Virus record (IMG/VR): IMGVR_UViG_3300027971_000031
Span: 1-64,000 of that record
Direction: 5' to 3' (one strand)
DNA: 64,000 nt
Source of the DNA: a virus
Part shown: positions 46,011 to 56,753 of the stretch, piece after piece
Layout of the letters: the number at the start of each line of letters is the position of its first letter
How positions within the stretch are numbered: the stretch's first letter is position 1
Notes under the pieces: generated by a model
What the model saw: only the letters and a program-made list of their open reading frames with translations
Told to the model about the DNA's origin: nothing
Database searches by the model: none
Program-made: the position numbers and the translations under genes

Positions 46011-46733
46011 ATGAAACAATTAAGAATTTTAGAAGCAAGCGAAGTAGGTCATGGAATATTGGTTGAAACCGACGCAGGTTGGATATCACCAAAAGATATT
46101 CGTAACGCCGAGATGTTAAGAGAAGCAAAGGAGTTAGATTATAGAAATCCTTTTGAATTTTATGCGGTATTACAAAAATACGATACACCAAATAGAAACG
46201 GAAGATTTTATCCTGAAAGAATATTAAAGAGAGAAGCAATAAACTATCAAAAAGCAATTGAAAAGGGTTTATCCACTTCAGAACTTAATCACCCTGAATC
46301 GTCTTTAATTGACTTAGATAGGGTATCTCACATCATCACAGAGATATGGTGGGATAGAAATATCTTAATGGGTAAACTTAAATTGTTAACATCGCCAGGT
46401 TTTCATGAAAGAGGTATTGTTTCCACTAAAGGAGACCAAGCAGCTAACTTAATGAGACAAGGTGTTACTATGGGTGTTTCTTCAAGAGGTGTAGGTTCGT
46501 TGAAAAAGGTTGGTGAAAGAAATGAAGTACAAGACGATTTTGAATTAATCTGTTTTGATTTGGTATCATCTCCATCAACACCAGGAGCTTATTTATTTAC
46601 GAATCCTGATGATAGAGATAAGTACGAAGAGAACTTGGAAGAAGAAAAAAAATACAAATCACCTGAAAATTCGGAATTTCAAACTAAAGGAGTTGACTTA
46701 ATGAGAAAATTAACCGATTATTTGGGAAAATAA
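46011..46733 (+). CDS. prohead protease (T4 gp21-like)
   Basis: NRNGRFYP, SELNHP, GVSSRGVGS, FDLVSSPSTPGA. Confidence 0.95.
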   Translation: MKQLRILEASEVGHGILVETDAGWISPKDIRNAEMLREAKELDYRNPFEFYAVLQKYDTPNRNGRFYPERILKREAINYQKAIEKGLSTSELNHPESSLIDLDRVSHIITEIWWDRNILMGKLKLLTSPGFHERGIVSTKGDQAANLMRQGVTMGVSSRGVGSLKKVGERNEVQDDFELICFDLVSSPSTPGAYLFTNPDDRDKYEENLEEEKKYKSPENSEFQTKGVDLMRKLTDYLGK

Positions 46734-46739
46734 TAAATT

Positions 46740-46949
46740 ATGGACGAAAAATATTTTGTAGCGAAAATTCAGTATGACTTACCTGATGAGAATACTGGTA
46801 AAATCAAAAAAATCAGAGAAGAGAAATTAGTTAAAGGTTTTTCAGTAACAGATGTCGAAGCAAAGGTTACGGAAAAATACCAAGGGTTTACAAATGATTG
46901 GAGAATTACTTCAGTATCAGAAAGTAAAATTGATGAGGTAATCGAATAA
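46740..46949 (+). CDS. DUF4494-like protein
   Basis: YFVAKIQY...KKIREEKLV...SVTDVEAKV...ITSVSESKI. Confidence 0.75.
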   Translation: MDEKYFVAKIQYDLPDENTGKIKKIREEKLVKGFSVTDVEAKVTEKYQGFTNDWRITSVSESKIDEVIE

Positions 46950-47103
46950 TTAAATTTTAAACAAATTAAATTAAAGTGGTCATAATCGACCACTTTTTTT
47001 ATGCTCCGAATTTTTTACATAAAATAAAATTAAGATTGTGTTACCCTAAAAGTGAATTTTTTATTATTTGACACTATTTATATTGTAAAAATAATAGATT
47101 TTC

Positions 47104-48663
47104 ATGAAAGAAAACAAATTAGTCCAAGAGGCTCTTATTCAAATGAGACAAGTTGAAGAAGCTATAGCCGAAAATGCAAAAGGAATACTTGCTTCAACTA
47201 TGAAGGAAGAAATCAACCAATTAGTAAAAGAATCTCTTTCTGAACAGGATGATGAAAATGAGATTGATTTAGATGCAGACGTTGATACGGATGCTGATAA
47301 CGATGAAATGGAAATGGATATCGATACAGATATGGACATGGACTCTGATGAAGAGGATATGGATATGGATGTTGACATGGATATGGACATGGATTCAGAA
47401 GAAAGTCCAATAGATTTAACTGACGCTTCTGACGAGGAAATCTTGAAAGTATTCAAAGCTATGGGTGAAGATGACGGTATCATTGTAAAAAAAGATGGTG
47501 AAAACGTTCATTTAACTGATGATGATGCTGACGTAGAATATCTTGTTAAGCTTGGTGAGTCTGAAGAAGACGAATTAATGCAAGAAGACGATATGAATTA
47601 CGACGAACGAGATGAATCTGTTGATGACGTTATTAACGCTATTTTCTCTGATAATGGTGATTCATCAGATGTTGAAGATTTTGACGATGAAGAAGAAGTT
47701 GTTTATGAAATAACTTTAGACGATGATGATGACGAAATGATGGACGATGATGATGACGAAATGATGGACGATGATGATGACGAAATGATGGATGATTCAG
47801 AAATGAGGGAAGAAGATGACATGGACGATTTAACAAATGAAACTTACAAACCTAAAGGTGTTGGAATGGGCTCAGGTCCTAAATTTTCTTACAAAGATAA
47901 AGCTAAAGGCGGATTTGATGAAAAGAAAAAAGTAGGTCCTAAATCAGTTGGTACTGGTAAAGCAAAATTTGAATACAAGAAAGGTGAAAATATGGGAGGT
48001 AAATCCAAAGTTGTTAAAGCAGAAACTAAAGAAGGTGATTACGGAATGAATAGAGGTGATAAATCTAAAACCATGAAAGGTAAAGAAGATTACACTACTA
48101 AAAAAGGTATGACAAATTCTAAAGGAGAAAAAGCTTTTGAAAAAACTGAAACAAAAGAAGCAGCTAGAACATACGGAATGGGTTCCAAAGAAGGTAGAGG
48201 ATTAAGAAAAGGCATCACAAATAACAGAAACTATGTTTATGGTAAAAATGGTGTTAAAGTTGAATCAACTACTTCAGAAGAAGTTAGAATGTTGAGAGAA
48301 AAGAATGAAGAGTACAGAAAAGCATTGAATGTGTTTAGAGAAAAACTTAACGAAGTTGCAATCTTTAATTCAAACTTAGCTTACGCAACAAGATTGTTCA
48401 CAGAGCACTCAACCACTAAAAAAGAAAAAATAAACATCCTAAGAAGATTCGATGATGTTGAAACTTTAAAAGAATCTAAAAATCTTTATAAGTCAATCAA
48501 AGACGAATTAAATACTGTGGATACAAAATCAATTAACGAATCGGTAGCAACAAAACTAAACAAATCAGTTTCTACAGGTTCATCAACAACTCTAATTGAA
48601 TCAAAAACTTATGAAAATCCTCAATTCTTAAGAATGAAGGACTTAATGGGTAAATTAGGTTAA
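47104..48663 (+). CDS. prohead core/scaffold protein
   Basis: acidic coiled-coil protein between protease and major capsid genes. Confidence 0.75.
   Translation: MKENKLVQEALIQMRQVEEAIAENAKGILASTMKEEINQLVKESLSEQDDENEIDLDADVDTDADNDEMEMDIDTDMDMDSDEEDMDMDVDMDMDMDSEESPIDLTDASDEEILKVFKAMGEDDGIIVKKDGENVHLTDDDADVEYLVKLGESEEDELMQEDDMNYDERDESVDDVINAIFSDNGDSSDVEDFDDEEEVVYEITLDDDDDEMMDDDDDEMMDDDDDEMMDDSEMREEDDMDDLTNETYKPKGVGMGSGPKFSYKDKAKGGFDEKKKVGPKSVGTGKAKFEYKKGENMGGKSKVVKAETKEGDYGMNRGDKSKTMKGKEDYTTKKGMTNSKGEKAFEKTETKEAARTYGMGSKEGRGLRKGITNNRNYVYGKNGVKVESTTSEEVRMLREKNEEYRKALNVFREKLNEVAIFNSNLAYATRLFTEHSTTKKEKINILRRFDDVETLKESKNLYKSIKDELNTVDTKSINESVATKLNKSVSTGSSTTLIESKTYENPQFLRMKDLMGKLG
47719..47796 (+). 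repeat. 24-bp tandem repeat x3 (DDDDDEMM)
   Basis: gacgatgatgatgacgaaatgatg three times in the scaffold gene. Confidence 0.85.
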
Positions 48664-48707
48664 AAAAATAAAAATAAAATAAACTTAAAAACAAAACAAA
48701 TACTAAA

Positions 48708-50513
48708 ATGGGAGCATTATTAGAATCAGGTCTTGTAGGTAACATCGGGTTAAAACACCTTAAAGTTATCAAAGAAGACACAATCAACAAATGGGACAAA
48801 TTAGGCTTTTTAGAAGGTCTTAAAGGTCACATGAGAGAAAACGTAGCACAATTATACGAAAACCAAGCATCGTTCTTAATTAACGAAGCATCATCTACAT
48901 CTGACACAGGTGCATTTGAAACAGTTGTTTTCCCAATTGTAAGACGTGTATTCTCTAAATTATTAGCGAATGACATCGTATCAGTACAAGCAATGAACTT
49001 ACCTATCGGTAAATTATTTTACTTTGTACCTAACATTCAGGCTTACACTGACCCAGCTAACTTAGCTACTACAGGTATTCACTACCCACCTTATGGTTCA
49101 CCAAACGCTGCGGCTGACCAAACACCAAACAGTGGTTATGACTACAACAACACTAAAGACCTTTACGATAGATTCTACGAAGGTAACGAACCAGCGTTAG
49201 ACCCACCAGGTTTATTCGACTATTCTAAAGGACAATATTCTGCAATCACAGCTCCAGTTGTAACTGTATCTTGGTTAGCAGACCAATTGGTTCCTTCAGC
49301 TTACACTACAGACAACTATAGAAAAGTTCTTATTGTTATGTCAGGTTTTGCAGCTGATGGTGCTGGTAAATTAATCGGTCCTGATGGTCAACCAATGGAT
49401 AACGAAGCGTTTTTATCTGATTTAACTATCTATGGTGTTGCAGGTAATAACTACACTTCAGGAAACACAAGTAACCCTTACTTATTTAGAGTTGTAACTC
49501 AAAGATATGGTAAAGGTATTGTACAATACGGTAATAACAACTCTACGTTAGTATTCCCTAACAGTAAAACTGATGGTGGTCAATATGACAACATGTGTGA
49601 TGCTGAAGGTAAAATCTACTTAGAAGTTGATTTACAAGTACCAGTTTGTATTACTTGTGGTGGTTCTATGGACGGTTACACAGGTTCAACATTCTCTTCA
49701 GATACAACAAGTAATGATGCATTTACTGCAACTTACAGAATCTACAAAAACTTAGAATTTGAAGATAGAATTGGTGAGGTATCTTTCGACCTTATGTCAG
49801 TTACAGTTTCTGTAACAGAAAGAAAATTAAGAGCTCAATGGTCTCCAGAAATGGCACAAGACGTTGCAGCATTCCACAACATCGATGCTGAAGCTGAATT
49901 AACAGCTTTATTATCTGAGCAAGTTGCGGCTGAAATCGACCGTGAAATCTTAAGAGATTTACGTAAAGGTGCGGCTTGGAACTTACGTTGGGATTACAAT
50001 GGTTGGAAACGTCTTGGTTCAAGTGCAGTTCCTTACACTCAAAAAGACTGGAATCAAACGTTGATTACAGCTATCAACCAAATTTCGGCTCAAATCCACA
50101 AATCTACCTTAAGAGGTGGAGCTAACTGGATTGTTGTTTCTTCTGAAATCAGTGCTATCTTTGATGACTTGGAGTACTTCCACGTATCAAATGCAGCTCC
50201 TGAGCAAGACCAATACAACATGGGTATTGAAAGAGTTGGTACATTAGCTGGTCGTTACCAAGTGTATAGAGACCCTTACTTCCCACCAAACCAAGTGTTG
50301 TTGGGTCACAAAGGTACGTCTTTACTTGACACAGGTTATATCTACGCACCGTATGTACCTCTACAATTAACACCTACAATGTACAATCCATTCAACTTTA
50401 CACCTATCAAAGGTATAATGACGAGATACGCTAAGAAAATGGTTAATAACCGTTTCTACGGACGTATCACGGTTGATGGTGTACGTACATTCGATTTAAG
50501 AGAATTGAGATAA
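48708..50513 (+). CDS. major capsid protein (T4 gp23-like)
   Basis: VSVQAMNLPIG, RKLRAQWSPEMAQD, EIDREIL, YAPYVPL, GIMTRY. Confidence 0.97.
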   Translation: MGALLESGLVGNIGLKHLKVIKEDTINKWDKLGFLEGLKGHMRENVAQLYENQASFLINEASSTSDTGAFETVVFPIVRRVFSKLLANDIVSVQAMNLPIGKLFYFVPNIQAYTDPANLATTGIHYPPYGSPNAAADQTPNSGYDYNNTKDLYDRFYEGNEPALDPPGLFDYSKGQYSAITAPVVTVSWLADQLVPSAYTTDNYRKVLIVMSGFAADGAGKLIGPDGQPMDNEAFLSDLTIYGVAGNNYTSGNTSNPYLFRVVTQRYGKGIVQYGNNNSTLVFPNSKTDGGQYDNMCDAEGKIYLEVDLQVPVCITCGGSMDGYTGSTFSSDTTSNDAFTATYRIYKNLEFEDRIGEVSFDLMSVTVSVTERKLRAQWSPEMAQDVAAFHNIDAEAELTALLSEQVAAEIDREILRDLRKGAAWNLRWDYNGWKRLGSSAVPYTQKDWNQTLITAINQISAQIHKSTLRGGANWIVVSSEISAIFDDLEYFHVSNAAPEQDQYNMGIERVGTLAGRYQVYRDPYFPPNQVLLGHKGTSLLDTGYIYAPYVPLQLTPTMYNPFNFTPIKGIMTRYAKKMVNNRFYGRITVDGVRTFDLRELR

Positions 50514-50534
50514 TCAATATCTTATTTAGATACC

Positions 50535-50566
50535 AAAAAGGGGACAAGAAATTGTCTCCTTTTTTT
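50535..50566 (+). terminator. intrinsic terminator after major capsid gene
   Basis: aaggggacaa/ttgtctcctt hairpin plus T-run. Confidence 0.85.
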
Positions 50567-50636
50567 ATTTACAGGAAAATTAAATTGTATATATTTATTA
50601 TTAGATTTTAGATTATCAGTCCCCAACCCTAAGAAG

Positions 50637-51479
50637 TTGTTGAGTGTTCACGGACACAAAGGTATTGGTAACATAGTCATTAACTATTATAAAATTAAAA
50701 AAAAAAAGTATTACAAAACAACTAGCGCGAGCAAGCCGACTGCTCACATCACAAAGAAAAAGTCGCGTTTAAAAATCTACAATGGTAATGTCGTATTCCT
50801 TAACGACAAAGATAATTTCGAATTCGAAATTCATAATCCAAAACAAACATCGGTTCTTTGTAAAATCAAACTGAATGGTCAGTATATCTCTAAAAGTGGT
50901 ATTATTTTACGACCAGGTCAAAGGGTGTTTTTAGAACGTTTCCTTGACTCAAATAACAAGTTTGAGTTCAGTACCTATGAAGTTAAAGATACGTCCGAGA
51001 ATCGTGATGCAATTGACTTAAATGGAGATGTAATGGTTGAGTTCTACGATGAACAGGAAGTTAGGATTTACCCTCACCTTTCAGGTGGAAATTGGGGTAG
51101 TGGTTGGACAACTATTAATACAGGTTCTCCATATTATGGTGATATAACTTTTACCAATAACTCATCAACTACATATGTTTCTACCACATCTCTTAATAGT
51201 CTGACCAATACAGTTGAAGGTCCAAACATTAGAAGTGTTAAATCTAAAAAATCTATTGAAACAGGTAGGGTTGAAAAAGGTGAAAAATCAAATCAACAAT
51301 TTACCAATTCATCAAATCAAACTTTTAATTTTTTGGTATCTAACTCTATAAGATTTAAAATATTACCATTAGGTAATAAAAATGTCACCACAGAGGATAT
51401 TAAACATTACTGTACCGAATGTGGTATCAAGACAAAATCAAAATATAAATTTTGTCCGTCTTGTGGTAAAAAATTGTAA
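50637..51479 (+). CDS. hypothetical protein with C-terminal zinc ribbon; start uncertain
   Basis: CTECG...CPSCG; no ATG near the expected start. Confidence 0.6.
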   Translation: MLSVHGHKGIGNIVINYYKIKKKKYYKTTSASKPTAHITKKKSRLKIYNGNVVFLNDKDNFEFEIHNPKQTSVLCKIKLNGQYISKSGIILRPGQRVFLERFLDSNNKFEFSTYEVKDTSENRDAIDLNGDVMVEFYDEQEVRIYPHLSGGNWGSGWTTINTGSPYYGDITFTNNSSTTYVSTTSLNSLTNTVEGPNIRSVKSKKSIETGRVEKGEKSNQQFTNSSNQTFNFLVSNSIRFKILPLGNKNVTTEDIKHYCTECGIKTKSKYKFCPSCGKKL

Positions 51480-51514
51480 GATATAAAAAAAGGGGTTCCG
51501 TGAGACCCCTTTTT

Positions 51515-51721
51515 TTATTTTAGCATTCTAAGTGATTTAGAAACAATTTCAGATTCGGTTAACGAATATAATCCATTCTTATATGCCATTTGAACGGCTC
51601 TAATTAACATAAATTTTGCCTGTTCTTCTGTTAAGTTATCTATTAGATTTTCAATATCTTCAGGTTTGTATATTGCAACGTCCTCAAATAGAAAGGCGAT
51701 TGGTTGTTTTTCTTGTTCCAT
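51515..51721 (-). CDS. hypothetical protein
   Basis: ORF track. Confidence 0.55.
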   Translation of the reverse strand: MEQEKQPIAFLFEDVAIYKPEDIENLIDNLTEEQAKFMLIRAVQMAYKNGLYSLTESEIVSKSLRMLK

Positions 51722-51752
51722 AATGTATTAACGATATATTTATAGTAAGTAT

Positions 51753-52445
51753 ATGAAAAGAAATAGAATTAGTGAAGCCACAGGTTCGGGAAGTGCGGGA
51801 AACTTCAAAGTACCAATAGTATTATCTCCACAACCGTGGACAGAAGACCAAGTTGCACCATTTACTAATCCTGTTTATAGTTATAATAATGCAGAGTTGG
51901 CATATGAAGAAGCTGACGGTGATTTTAAAGAAACACCTGAAGAACGAGCTCGAATAGAAAAAAGGACAGATAGAATTGCTCAAGTGGATAGATACCTAAA
52001 AAGTTTCTATACTGGTCAAAATGATGAAGATGGGAGTAATGTTGCGGATATTGAAGACCCTGAGAAAATCATACAACAAGCGGTTGGACCACTTAAAGAA
52101 GATTTAGCTGTTTGGTTTGGAACAAAGAAAAAACCAAAAGGTTCGTCACAACCAAAAGGTCCTTGGGTTAATATTTGTAGAAAAAAAGAAGGTGGTGGTC
52201 ACCCACCATGTGGAAGACCTGAATCTTCAGATAAAGGATATCCAAAATGTAGAGCCGCAGGGGTTGCATCTAAAATGAGTGATTCTGAAAAGAAATCTGC
52301 GTGTGCTCAAAAAAGAAAAGAAGAGAAAAAAGACCCAAAAGTTGGTACAGGTAATAAACCAACTATGGTATCTTACAAACCAAAAAATGAATCATTAAAG
52401 GACGTAATAAAAAATGTTCTTAATGAATATAAAACATCTATTTGA
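51753..52445 (+). CDS. hypothetical protein with basic Cys-rich C-terminal module
   Basis: EDLAVWF...WVNIC...PCGR...YPKC. Confidence 0.6.
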   Translation: MKRNRISEATGSGSAGNFKVPIVLSPQPWTEDQVAPFTNPVYSYNNAELAYEEADGDFKETPEERARIEKRTDRIAQVDRYLKSFYTGQNDEDGSNVADIEDPEKIIQQAVGPLKEDLAVWFGTKKKPKGSSQPKGPWVNICRKKEGGGHPPCGRPESSDKGYPKCRAAGVASKMSDSEKKSACAQKRKEEKKDPKVGTGNKPTMVSYKPKNESLKDVIKNVLNEYKTSI

Positions 52446-52740
52446 TAACACTATCATTAAATGATGTTGTATCTATTTTTTTAGGTTGAATTAATTTAGT
52501 TTCTTTTTTTGGTATTAAAACATTAATTGGTTTTGGACGTTCAATAAAAAGAGTATCGTGTATAATTTCTTTTTCAAAGGTTATTGGCGTTTCAATAACT
52601 TCAATTTTCTCTTTCTTAATTGGGTTATTATTATAAATTGTTTTATAAATGTTAATTGAAACTGATGTAATTAACGCACATACTATTAATATAATTAACA
52701 GCCCAAAATAAAACGTATATTTGAAAGAATTGTTTTTCAT
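52438..52740 (-). CDS. membrane-anchored hypothetical protein
   Basis: N-terminal TM segment. Confidence 0.55.
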   Translation of the reverse strand: MKNNSFKYTFYFGLLIILIVCALITSVSINIYKTIYNNNPIKKEKIEVIETPITFEKEIIHDTLFIERPKPINVLIPKKETKLIQPKKIDTTSFNDSVIK

Positions 52741-53141
52741 TAGATGCTATGTAATATATTTTGAAGTGAATGTTTAATGTTTGACGTAATTTCTTTTTCA
52801 AAAATTTCTCTACGTTTTTCTACCTCATTATCAAACATAGATACAAGATTTTCCCAACAATTTTTTTCTAAAAAAACCGTATAAGAATATACGTGGTTAA
52901 TTACCTTAACGTTGTTACCCTCTAAAATAACAAATATTTGATGTTCTTCATTTCTAATGTAACGTTTATTAGAAATTGGGGTTAATAATAAAATGGTTTC
53001 TTCTTTATCGATAAGTTTTTTACAAATAGAAATACAATCTCTCTCATATTCCGATTTTTGCATAGGTGGAGTTGATAATCTAACTAAAGAAATGTACCAT
53101 TTTTGAATTGCGCGTTTTAAGTTGTGTGGTGAAAGATTCAT
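52740..53141 (-). CDS. hypothetical protein
   Basis: ORF track. Confidence 0.55.
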   Translation of the reverse strand: MNLSPHNLKRAIQKWYISLVRLSTPPMQKSEYERDCISICKKLIDKEETILLLTPISNKRYIRNEEHQIFVILEGNNVKVINHVYSYTVFLEKNCWENLVSMFDNEVEKRREIFEKEITSNIKHSLQNILHSI

Positions 53142-53210
53142 ATGTGTATTTTTATTTGACTACAAAAGTAAACAAAAACTTTAAATAAAAAAACAACTGA
53201 TATAAAAAAA

Positions 53211-53672
53211 TTAACAATAAGCTCCAGAGCACTGTCTTTTACCGTCCAATCCTTTGATTTTACCCTTACATACTTGAACGGCATATCCGTTAGCGTATGC
53301 TGATGGATAAACAGTATATTTTGATTTGGCGGCAGATTTACCTCTTGCACAAAGTGGAGTTCCTGTTTTTTTTCTACCTTCATTCATTTCTTCAAAATCA
53401 ACATATTGTGATTCTTTTTCCATTTCATTTTTTAAGAAATCAAAAACTTGGTCAATATTTGTTTTGGCTTCGGATATATGGTCATCTGCCCAATCATGTC
53501 CATTTTGAAGTATTTGGTCAACTGTTGATGGGTCCATCTCCATAATCATTTCAAGTTGTCTTTTCATCTGTTTTAAATTTGAAAAGAACATATAATTCGT
53601 TTCGTCTTGTTCTGAAAGAACTTTTTTAACAATTCTGTTTAAGTCTGATTCGGTTAATTTTACTGTTTTCAT
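53211..53672 (-). CDS. hypothetical protein with YPSAYANG module
   Basis: KLTESDL N-terminus; CARGK..AK.KY.VYPSAYANG. Confidence 0.6.
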   Translation of the reverse strand: MKTVKLTESDLNRIVKKVLSEQDETNYMFFSNLKQMKRQLEMIMEMDPSTVDQILQNGHDWADDHISEAKTNIDQVFDFLKNEMEKESQYVDFEEMNEGRKKTGTPLCARGKSAAKSKYTVYPSAYANGYAVQVCKGKIKGLDGKRQCSGAYC

Positions 53673-53673
53673 A

Positions 53674-55197
53674 TTATTGTCTGAATGATGTATTATTTGT
53701 TTTGTAATTTACTATGTTAAAAGTTAATTGTCTCTTATAAGTATCTTTCTCTCCTGAAGTGTTCACTTGAATATCAACATAATATTGATTAGGTATTTTA
53801 TCCCTCATATCAAACATGAAATAATATTCATTTGGAGTTCTGTTAACTGGCGTCCAATCTTGAACTAATACTTCAGTTGTTCCTTCTCTAACGTATACTC
53901 TATAAAATGCTGAGATATCTTCTAATGGTGCTTGACCCGTATAAGCCTTTTTAATTGTAACCCCAACCTTTCTAATATCGGTATTAAGGATTTGTTCGTT
54001 TTGTAAAATACCGTAGAACTCAAATCCAAATTTACTTGGTTCTTTGGATGTTGAACCGATTTGAATACCTGCTGTATATTGTTGTAATATAAATTGATTT
54101 GTTACGTTTGGTAATGCTTGACCATTAATTGTTAAACCTGACCATATATCATAAAACATACAAGGAGTTGCCCCTGTAAATCCATTAGGTACAATTACTT
54201 CATAAACTCCTCTTGTTCTTAAACAAGTTGATAATGTTGCCATACCAGGAACGGCATCACCATTTCTGTCTTCAATTCTAACTACAGGGTCAGAATCTAA
54301 ATTGGCAAAATCACCATTTTGATAAATGTATAAATACAATTTATTTGTTTGGTTTTTTAAGAATAGGTTACGGTTGTCTTTAATTAAGTCGTCGTATGTT
54401 GTTTGAAGGAATGGTTGGTAAAATGTTTGAGTATGTCTTGAAAAGAACGCCACACTATAACTGTCAGTTAAACCTGTAATATTTTCAATTTGTGGTAAGT
54501 ATGCAACTCCCCAACCAGTAACACCAGTTATTGTACCATTTAATATACCATTAATTTCATTTGACATATCCATCAATAAATCTTCATTACCAAGTTCAAA
54601 GTGTTGTCTTGCAACAATTGTTAAACCTGAGAAATTTACGGTACCTTCATTCTTGTTGTTATAAACCCCTGGTTGAGACCAATTGTTAATAGTGGATGTC
54701 TGATACCAATTTGATGGTCGAGTCGAATAGGCACGACTATCTACATACGTAAGAGGTGTTGAACCACCATACGGGCTATTTTGATTTTCATTAAAATCTG
54801 TGTAATCATAACCAACACCTTCATCCCAAGTTTGAGGGATTCCTGTTGTTCCTGAAGTTTGAGGAATTCTAAATAAGATTAAATCAAATGATGTCGCTCG
54901 TCTTCTCTCGTTTGACATGAATGTATTTAACAATTCATTATCAAATGATGAGGTGTTTGTCATTTGTAAGACGTGAGTCATACCTGTGGTACATCCTGTA
55001 GAAATTACACCTGATGCAATGTCTTCTCTTAATAAATCTAAATCTAAATCAAATAGGAAACGAGTGTAACCATAATTTGGGATGATATAATCTGACGCAC
55101 CAAAATTTAATTCAACAATAGGGTTTCTACCCGTATTGACATATGAATTTGAAATGATGGTATTGTTCTTATCTATGTACGACCTTAAAATTGACAT
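53674..55197 (-). CDS. putative structural (baseplate/tail) protein
   Basis: beta-rich 507-aa protein, late-type motif upstream. Confidence 0.5.
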   Translation of the reverse strand: MSILRSYIDKNNTIISNSYVNTGRNPIVELNFGASDYIIPNYGYTRFLFDLDLDLLREDIASGVISTGCTTGMTHVLQMTNTSSFDNELLNTFMSNERRRATSFDLILFRIPQTSGTTGIPQTWDEGVGYDYTDFNENQNSPYGGSTPLTYVDSRAYSTRPSNWYQTSTINNWSQPGVYNNKNEGTVNFSGLTIVARQHFELGNEDLLMDMSNEINGILNGTITGVTGWGVAYLPQIENITGLTDSYSVAFFSRHTQTFYQPFLQTTYDDLIKDNRNLFLKNQTNKLYLYIYQNGDFANLDSDPVVRIEDRNGDAVPGMATLSTCLRTRGVYEVIVPNGFTGATPCMFYDIWSGLTINGQALPNVTNQFILQQYTAGIQIGSTSKEPSKFGFEFYGILQNEQILNTDIRKVGVTIKKAYTGQAPLEDISAFYRVYVREGTTEVLVQDWTPVNRTPNEYYFMFDMRDKIPNQYYVDIQVNTSGEKDTYKRQLTFNIVNYKTNNTSFRQ

Positions 55198-55217
55198 TAA
55201 TTGTTTTAATATAAATA

Positions 55218-56753
55218 TTAGTTAAGTCTAATATTTTCATTAAGAATTTTTGTGTAGGCGTTTTGCATTTCAGTTAATATATCCGTAACAGTTGAACCGT
55301 CTTGAGTTACAGGAACTGGAGGTAAACCAGGGTATGCGTGAGTATGAGTAATTAAGAATCTAACAATCAAGTTAATCAATTCTAAAAGTTCTTCCCCTCT
55401 AACTAAACTTGATGTTTTTGGTAATATTTCATCAACAAATTGGTCTAATGAAATTCCATATAATGTGTCATCAAAATTGATTTTACCTTTACCAGGAATT
55501 GCCGACGTATGAGATAACAAATATAAAGTATCCGCCCCAACCGCTCCATATGTGGTTTGAATTGATTTGTATGTCTCCTGAGGTACAATAGTTGTTTTAA
55601 AGTTAAGTGGTTTTCCAACTTTATCCTTAGCATAAATTAAACCATAACCACCTCGTTTAAGGGCGGGGTATAATTTAATTTGATTGTATATGTCAGAAAC
55701 ATTTTTAAATGCGTCCGCTTCGGTTGTTCCTGTTTGAGTGGTTGATGATGGTGTTATAACAGAATAAGTTATATTATTTGGTCTATAAAATATTGCAAAT
55801 TTATTAAGTTCACTTGTAAATAATGTTTTACCTGAAACGGTTGTTGTTTTGGTATTACACGTTTTAATAAAATTATTTATAAATGTAATAGTTTCTGTTT
55901 TTGTTAATCGTGAAAATTTTTCTTCGGCAACTAAAGATTTTAAAGATTCTTTAACAATTGTACCAACTGTTAAATTTGTGGAGTTTGTCGATAGGTCGGG
56001 TTTTAATTGATAAAGATAAACTGACCCAGTAAAATTATCTTGGGTGTTTTCAGGATTTGTGATAACCCATTCAATTAAGTATTTAACTTGAACTACGATT
56101 TCATTTGTCTCTGTTACAATTTTATTTGGTAATGGTACTTTTGATTGATTAAATCTTGAGAGTTGTAAAAATCCTCGTTGTTGGTTTGCCACAGGTGGAA
56201 CATTTGGTACTAATTCAGCACCTTTAAATTTACCTGCTCTAAGTAATACCGTATCTTGTTTTGTAATAACATCGGCACTTCCCCTACCTAAAATGGCATT
56301 ATCACCTGGCTCAGGAAATACACCCTTGTGAACCGCTTTGTCGGTATAAGTACCATCTTGGTTTTTTAAAGGTTTTGGATTTTTTAATTGTGTACCTGTA
56401 CCTGTAAACTTATTACCACCTTGATAATATTCATAACCCGTTGTTGTCGGACTTGAAAATGTATTTTGGACGTAATATTGGTTTTGATATTTAAAATCTT
56501 TATTCACATAAAGTACTTGAGCCATTTCTGTTGGCTTTGGTACTTGATACATGAAATATGGCATAAGGGGACTAAAGACAAAAGGGTCTCTTGTCGTCCA
56601 AATATCTTTTTCTTCATTCCAAGGTGGGTCAGTAATTGACTTGACTATGTCGTTATAGTTATCAATTAAAAGTTTTGCTCGAATCCTACCCAACATCATT
56701 GGGTCTTGATTACTTATAACCGATACCTGAAAAAATATTGTATTATCATCCAT
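55218..56753 (-). CDS. baseplate hub/spike protein (gp5 OB-fold-like N-terminus)
   Basis: VISNQDPMMLGRIRAK; C-terminal HTH motif. Confidence 0.65.
   Translation of the reverse strand: MDDNTIFFQVSVISNQDPMMLGRIRAKLLIDNYNDIVKSITDPPWNEEKDIWTTRDPFVFSPLMPYFMYQVPKPTEMAQVLYVNKDFKYQNQYYVQNTFSSPTTTGYEYYQGGNKFTGTGTQLKNPKPLKNQDGTYTDKAVHKGVFPEPGDNAILGRGSADVITKQDTVLLRAGKFKGAELVPNVPPVANQQRGFLQLSRFNQSKVPLPNKIVTETNEIVVQVKYLIEWVITNPENTQDNFTGSVYLYQLKPDLSTNSTNLTVGTIVKESLKSLVAEEKFSRLTKTETITFINNFIKTCNTKTTTVSGKTLFTSELNKFAIFYRPNNITYSVITPSSTTQTGTTEADAFKNVSDIYNQIKLYPALKRGGYGLIYAKDKVGKPLNFKTTIVPQETYKSIQTTYGAVGADTLYLLSHTSAIPGKGKINFDDTLYGISLDQFVDEILPKTSSLVRGEELLELINLIVRFLITHTHAYPGLPPVPVTQDGSTVTDILTEMQNAYTKILNENIRLN

Noticed and set aside
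40875-50513. Introns or inteins in terminase, portal or capsid genes
   Set aside because: The ORFs are continuous, of expected size, and lack intein terminal motifs.
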